Below, piece after piece: positions 51,312-56,018 of a stretch of DNA of 56,018 nucleotides. The notes beneath the pieces were generated by a model. That model searched no databases. It had not been told where the DNA came from and was given only the letters and a program-made list of their open reading frames with translations. Made by a program: the position numbers and the translations under genes. Source of the DNA: Chloroflexota bacterium (GTDB lineage Bacteria; Chloroflexota; Anaerolineae; Anaerolineales; UBA4823); assembly GCA_020349245.1 (NCBI GenBank), contig CP070764.1, positions 777,446 through 833,463 on the forward strand, read 5' to 3'. The stretch's first letter is position 1. Every line of letters begins with the position of its first letter.

Positions 51312-51863
51312 TCATCCCTCCTCTGTTTGGATTGACTGCAATGCAGATAAAATGCCATCTGCACCTGGATTGACCCCGGGTGGAGATAAATAGCTCCACT
51401 GGATGATACCTTCTTCATCAATAACAAATAATGCCCTTTCACTGAGCCCAGCCTCGTGATCATAAACGCCATAGCACCTGGCAACCTCCCCCTTGGGTTC
51501 AAAATCTGACAAGAGCGGAAAATTTAATCCCCGGTCTTCAACATAAGCGCCGTGACACCAGCGCCCGTCAACCGAAATACCCAATAACTGGGCATTGTAC
51601 CGTTTGAACATCGGCAGTACTTCATTATAAAGGGCCATCTGGTCCCCACAAACCGGGCTCCAGTCGGCCGGGTAGAAGGCCAGGATAACCGGAATTCCCC
51701 GGAAATCAGCCAATGAAACCGCTTCCCCAGAAGAACTGTCTAATTTGAAATCAGGCGCTGCGGTTCCAGGGGGCAATATCTCTCCAGGATAAGCACTCCC
51801 ATTCTTCCCTGGAGATTCATCGATAGCCACCGCCTGTTTGTCTCTCTTCCAAAACTGGTTCAC
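51312..51863 (-). CDS. Peroxiredoxin (AhpC/TSA, AhpE-like)
   Basis: APDFKL, FYPADWSPVC (peroxidatic Cys), GISVD, LLSDF, ERALFVID; GTG start with AGGAAG upstream. Confidence 0.88.
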   Translation of the reverse strand: MNQFWKRDKQAVAIDESPGKNGSAYPGEILPPGTAAPDFKLDSSSGEAVSLADFRGIPVILAFYPADWSPVCGDQMALYNEVLPMFKRYNAQLLGISVDGRWCHGAYVEDRGLNFPLLSDFEPKGEVARCYGVYDHEAGLSERALFVIDEEGIIQWSYLSPPGVNPGADGILSALQSIQTEEG

Positions 51864-52059
51864 TTCCTTTCCTCCTGACGAACCTGGTCATTTGACCTGA
51901 ATCTTGATAATCTTACCACTACTCACAATTGCCACTAGATTTTACCGGAATATCTCGCACTTCATCAAACCCAGGGAGATATCAAAAGCACTGCAAGACA
52001 GCCTTTTACCGAACGTTCTTGCCGCGGGACGAAATCCCATCCCTCGATGGGAACCTTGA

Positions 52060-52090
52060 AATAAAAGAGCTGCCCGAGAGGGACAGCCCT
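52060..52090 (-). terminator. Probable intrinsic terminator after the dsbA-like gene
   Basis: Minus strand GCTGTCCC-TCTC-GGGCAGC followed by TCTTTTATTT. Confidence 0.55.
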
Positions 52091-52130
52091 GTCATTTCTA
52101 AAGTAAAGGATTTGGTACGAATGAGCTGGC

Positions 52131-52970
52131 TTAGGGAATTTCTCCGGCTAATTCTTTTTCGATCACCTGCTGGAAAATCTCGAAAGGCTGGGCACCGACC
52201 ACCGCGATCCCGTTAATGAAGAAGGTCGGGGTGGAACGAACGCCTAAGTTCGCTGCGAAATCAAAATCCGACTGGACTTCCTGCTGGTAGCGACCGCTCT
52301 CGAAGCATTCCTGGAACGCCTCTTCATCCATTCCCAATTGGTTGGCATATTCCAGATAAGTTTCCGGACTCAATTCGAGGTCCATACTGAACAATTTGTC
52401 ATGATATTCCCAGAAAAATCCCTGCTCGTTGGCACAGTTCGCCGCCTCCGCTGCGGGCTTGGCATTCACATGGATGGATTCGAGGGGGAAATCTCGGTAA
52501 ACAAAACGGATTTGATCCCCGTAGGTATCTAGAAGCTGCGAATAAACTTCCGCATGCCACTGGCGGCAGTATGGACACTCATAATCACTGAATTCGATTA
52601 TGGTGATCGGAGCGTCTTCTGATCCGAGAAACGGATCATCATCGACCGGGACATCGTAGCGCACAACCTGGGGTGTTTCTGCAGGCAAATTCTGGTTGGA
52701 TTCGGGCACCACCACGGATTGCTGCTGGCTGGAGGTGCCTTCGTTCGAGGCCGAGTTGAACAAACCCGGAACAGGGAACCAGCCGCGCAAAAAGAAGCCA
52801 AGAATCAAGCCCACCACAAAAATCAGGGGCATGATGAATGCATACAGGTGCCACCTGCGCAGGGTGATCGTCACCTCCCCCGGGCGCGGCTCGGGTGCTG
52901 AGGGGGTTTCAGGTTCTTCGAGCGTAGATTCGACTTCGAAATCTTCTTCAGATTGGTTTTCTTTGGTCAT
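52131..52970 (-). CDS. Membrane-anchored DsbA/BdbD-like thiol-disulfide oxidoreductase
   Basis: One TM helix, EFSDYECPYC, YRDFPL, STPTFFING (cis-Pro), GAQP. Confidence 0.92.
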   Translation of the reverse strand: MTKENQSEEDFEVESTLEEPETPSAPEPRPGEVTITLRRWHLYAFIMPLIFVVGLILGFFLRGWFPVPGLFNSASNEGTSSQQQSVVVPESNQNLPAETPQVVRYDVPVDDDPFLGSEDAPITIIEFSDYECPYCRQWHAEVYSQLLDTYGDQIRFVYRDFPLESIHVNAKPAAEAANCANEQGFFWEYHDKLFSMDLELSPETYLEYANQLGMDEEAFQECFESGRYQQEVQSDFDFAANLGVRSTPTFFINGIAVVGAQPFEIFQQVIEKELAGEIP

Positions 52971-53114
52971 AGTAGTCCGAATTATATCACCTGGAAAAGG
53001 GGCAGAATTAAAACCGGATTAGACTTTCATAACCGCAAACCTGATCCTTGCATGATTAGGGACCTGGTTGATATTTGGTAGCAAAATTTAAGATCAGTTG
53101 CCAACAACCACAGG

Positions 53115-54500
53115 TTACTCGAATTCCCCATAATTTCGTGATTCGGCTGTACCAGGAACTGGCTCATCTTCAGCAGGCATGGCATCTGGCAGCTCATCTT
53201 CGAGGTTGCGCACGTGCGAATTGAGATAGCCGCCACCTGCTACCAGTACAGTAACTACACCAATCAGGATGAACATGAAACCAGTCCCCCGGCCTGGACC
53301 CACGCCGATCAGCTGGCCCACGGTATCAGCCAGGGCACCCCCTTCAACCAGCAGCGGGTTGAAAACGTTGTCCGCCAGGGGTCCTGCTATCAGGTATGCC
53401 AGGGGCATGGTAGACCAGGCGATCATCCGCCGCACAGAGAAGACCCGCCCCTGGACATCCGGGGCAACCTTGCTCTGCCAGATAGCCTGGCTGGAGCCGT
53501 TGATGATTGGCAAGGTCAGCATCAGCAGGAATCCCGCTGCCGCAAGAACCGAAATCAGCGGGCTCACCCCCAATAAGGAGGTAAAAAGCCCGGAAAGCAT
53601 TAAGAATCCCAGGACCCCGTGGATGCGCCGCTTGGGCCCTCCCCAGGCGCTCATCACCAGGGTCCCGACAAGCATTCCCAGGCCGACGATCGAGAAAAGG
53701 TAGCCTAACATATCCGCGGAGGTTAGATCCAGGATCAGGGGCGTGATCAAGGGCATGATCAGGCTAGAGAAAAAATTCGTGGCGGCAAATATGAACAGCA
53801 ATCCCAGCAAGCCAGCCCTGGCAGAGATATACGTCCAGCCATAAATTGCTTCTTTCCAGATCGAACCCTTGCCCTCTTCCCCGGCCGCGCTTCTCTCCGG
53901 GCTGGGGACCCTGACCAGCAGTAAAGTCAGCACGGCAAAGAGGTAGGTGGCGAAATCGATGGCAATCACACCGATCAGGCCGGTGGTAACGTACAGCGCG
54001 CCGGCTGCAGCCGGGGCGACCAGGTTGGAGATCGCTTCACCGATCTGTACCATGCCGCCGGCGCGGCCGAGCTGTTCCTTGGGCACCAGCAGCGTGGTAA
54101 CCGCGGAGTATGCCGGCCACTGGAAGGTGCTGAATGCAGAGTTTACCGCCGTGGCCAGGATAATGTTCCACACCTGCAGGTTATCCGTCATGTACAGGAT
54201 GGCGATCGCCAGGGTAGCCAATCCCGCCCCGGTATCGCTCATGATCATCACCCAGCGGCGGTCCCAGCGATCGACCAGGGCTCCTGCAAATGGGGAGACC
54301 AGCAGGTTCGGAACGGCGAAAGCCAACATATTCATGGCAAACAGGGTTACCGATCCGGTTTCCTGGTAAATCCACACCCCGAGGGCAAAACCGGTCAGCG
54401 CTGAGCCGATCGTTGAAACCAGCTGCCCTGACCAGATGATGAAGAACGTACGCATGCTGCTGGTGATCTTGCTGGGAGATTTGGCTGGAGAGGCTTCCAT
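53115..54500 (-). CDS. MFS transporter (MefA/DHA3-like efflux)
   Basis: FFIIWSGQLVS..GS, motif A GALVDRWDRR, QGRVFS, about 12 TM helices. Start set at MEASPAK. Confidence 0.9.
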   Translation of the reverse strand: MEASPAKSPSKITSSMRTFFIIWSGQLVSTIGSALTGFALGVWIYQETGSVTLFAMNMLAFAVPNLLVSPFAGALVDRWDRRWVMIMSDTGAGLATLAIAILYMTDNLQVWNIILATAVNSAFSTFQWPAYSAVTTLLVPKEQLGRAGGMVQIGEAISNLVAPAAAGALYVTTGLIGVIAIDFATYLFAVLTLLLVRVPSPERSAAGEEGKGSIWKEAIYGWTYISARAGLLGLLFIFAATNFFSSLIMPLITPLILDLTSADMLGYLFSIVGLGMLVGTLVMSAWGGPKRRIHGVLGFLMLSGLFTSLLGVSPLISVLAAAGFLLMLTLPIINGSSQAIWQSKVAPDVQGRVFSVRRMIAWSTMPLAYLIAGPLADNVFNPLLVEGGALADTVGQLIGVGPGRGTGFMFILIGVVTVLVAGGGYLNSHVRNLEDELPDAMPAEDEPVPGTAESRNYGEFE

Positions 54501-54717
54501 GTGTGATTTTCCTTTGGCTAACTCTCTGCTGGCGATAGGCCTTGATTTAACATCCTGCAATTATACCGGCTGATCCACCGGATTTGGGCTGTTTCTCAGC
54601 AGGATTGCCGGGAGTCCCTCTCGAACAGGAAGCAATTATTGCTGCGCGCAAGATAGAATCAATTTGAATAACTATGAATAATGGGGGGAATCGTACTAAG
54701 AATAAAGGCTAATGCCC

Positions 54718-56018
54718 TTATTCGCACAGGGGTTCGACGCTGTATAAGATGCGCTCCGTACAGGTAAATTCACGCACGTAACGATTGTTTTCAATCCATT
54801 CAAGCAGCTCCTCGAGAGACGAAGGGCTATCCAGGCTCCACTGGACGATGCGCCCGTCCTCCCCGGCGGTGAAGGCCGACGATCCATCCGGGCTGAAAGC
54901 TGCCCCCAGGATAGGATGCCCATTGTGACCATTGAAGCGGCGCAGCACCTCCCCGGTCTGCAGGTCCCACAAAATAACCAATCCGTTTTCAGTGCCCAGG
55001 AGTGCCGTGCGACCGTCCGGTCTGATGGCTGCGGAGTTTATTTTCTCCAGGCCCTGGTATTGACGTATTTCTTCACCAGTCCCCACATCCCACAGGTGTA
55101 AACCGTTGGTCTTTGAAGTAGAAATAAGCCTCTCCCCATCAGGGCTGAAGACGACTGTGTCCGTTGCGAACTCATTAATTGGGAAATCGAATGTACCGGT
55201 TTGTGCGTATATTCGGGAGACTAATTTACCGCTTTCTGCATCCCAGAGGGTGATGCCGCTTCCACCCGCTGATACCAGCCTTTGACCATGCGGACTGAAA
55301 TCGAGGTCATTCAATCCTTCAATATCCGGGGTGGGAATGAACTTGTGCTCATCCGTATCGATCTCCCAAAGGATCAAACTCCTATCGCGCGAGGAAGAAG
55401 CAAGTGTCTTGCCATCCGGGCTAAAGGCTACACCTGTGACCTGGTCGGTATGACCCAGGAAGGTGCGCAGCTCCTCCCCGGTCTCGAGATCCCACAGCTT
55501 GATGCTTCGATCGGCGGAGGCGGAGGCCGCCAGGCGGCTGTCCGGGCTGATATCGATGGTCAGGACCGCAGCGGTATGCCCAGTGAAGGTGCGGAGTAAT
55601 TCTCCGCGCTCAATGTCCCACAGGCGAAAGACATCCTCACCTGCGCCTGCTGTCCGCGACTCGCTGCCGCCGCTTGCGAGCAGGTACCTACCGTCCGGCG
55701 AAACCGCAAGTGTGGATACAGGGGAGAAGTAACTCGCGAACTGCCTGACCTGGTGTGCAGGGACCAGGTCCCCTACTACCAGATCGCCATCCCCCCACGG
55801 TGATAGAACAGTTCGCCAGTCCGGGCTGAAGGAACCACCGGACACGTACAACTCGTAATCAAAGTAGACCATCGCTTCTCTGTTCACCAGGTCCCACAGG
55901 ATGCCTCCGTCAGCTGCACTGAATAGCGCCCTGGTTCCATCCGGGCTGATTACCACAGTTTGATGTTCATTGTCATACCCATCAAAAGAATCAATCACCT
56001 GGCCAGTCTCAAGATCCC
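54718..56018 (-). CDS. WD40-repeat protein, C-terminal part; 5' end lies outside the window
   Basis: Repeated GH...FSPDG...LWD units; frame open to the window end; C-terminal RE(F/L)T..ER..Y tail like the gene at 8576-13408. Confidence 0.9.
   Translation of the reverse strand, partial: DLETGQVIDSFDGYDNEHQTVVISPDGTRALFSAADGGILWDLVNREAMVYFDYELYVSGGSFSPDWRTVLSPWGDGDLVVGDLVPAHQVRQFASYFSPVSTLAVSPDGRYLLASGGSESRTAGAGEDVFRLWDIERGELLRTFTGHTAAVLTIDISPDSRLAASASADRSIKLWDLETGEELRTFLGHTDQVTGVAFSPDGKTLASSSRDRSLILWEIDTDEHKFIPTPDIEGLNDLDFSPHGQRLVSAGGSGITLWDAESGKLVSRIYAQTGTFDFPINEFATDTVVFSPDGERLISTSKTNGLHLWDVGTGEEIRQYQGLEKINSAAIRPDGRTALLGTENGLVILWDLQTGEVLRRFNGHNGHPILGAAFSPDGSSAFTAGEDGRIVQWSLDSPSSLEELLEWIENNRYVREFTCTERILYSVEPLCE

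Overview
Bacterial genomic window, about 50% GC by eye. It is most likely from Chloroflexota (Anaerolineae-like); this is inferred from the gene repertoire (fused GlyQS, UbiD/AcnX cluster, STAND-WD40 kinase, dnaG-rpoD next to nuo), not from a marker gene. Left part (1-22 kb, accessory-like): 3' end of an aldehyde:ferredoxin oxidoreductase; a MacAB-type efflux operon; an acyl-CoA ligase/SCP2/MoaD trio; a 5.5-copy 89-bp structured tandem repeat; a 1610-aa Ser/Thr kinase-STAND-TM-WD40 protein with a sharp internal GC shift; a ubiD-acnX(large)-acnX(small) cluster matching the archaeal-type mevalonate pathway; DsrE, ACT, a degraded pseudogene, hydrolase, P-loop, cold-shock and NfeD genes. Middle: lipA and a complete nuoA-N operon. 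Its NuoL lateral helix is about 29 residues longer than usual, the hallmark of '2M' complex I, yet the operon has only one nuoM. Right part: GT-C-like membrane protein, rpoD, dnaG, a DEDDh exonuclease, an unannotated Pol-beta-like nucleotidyltransferase, fused glyQS, a peroxiredoxin plus DsbA-NhaA fusion, DsbA, an MFS transporter and a truncated WD40 gene. No rRNA, tRNA, CRISPR array or transposase was recognised. All calls come from reading motifs by eye; no searches were run.
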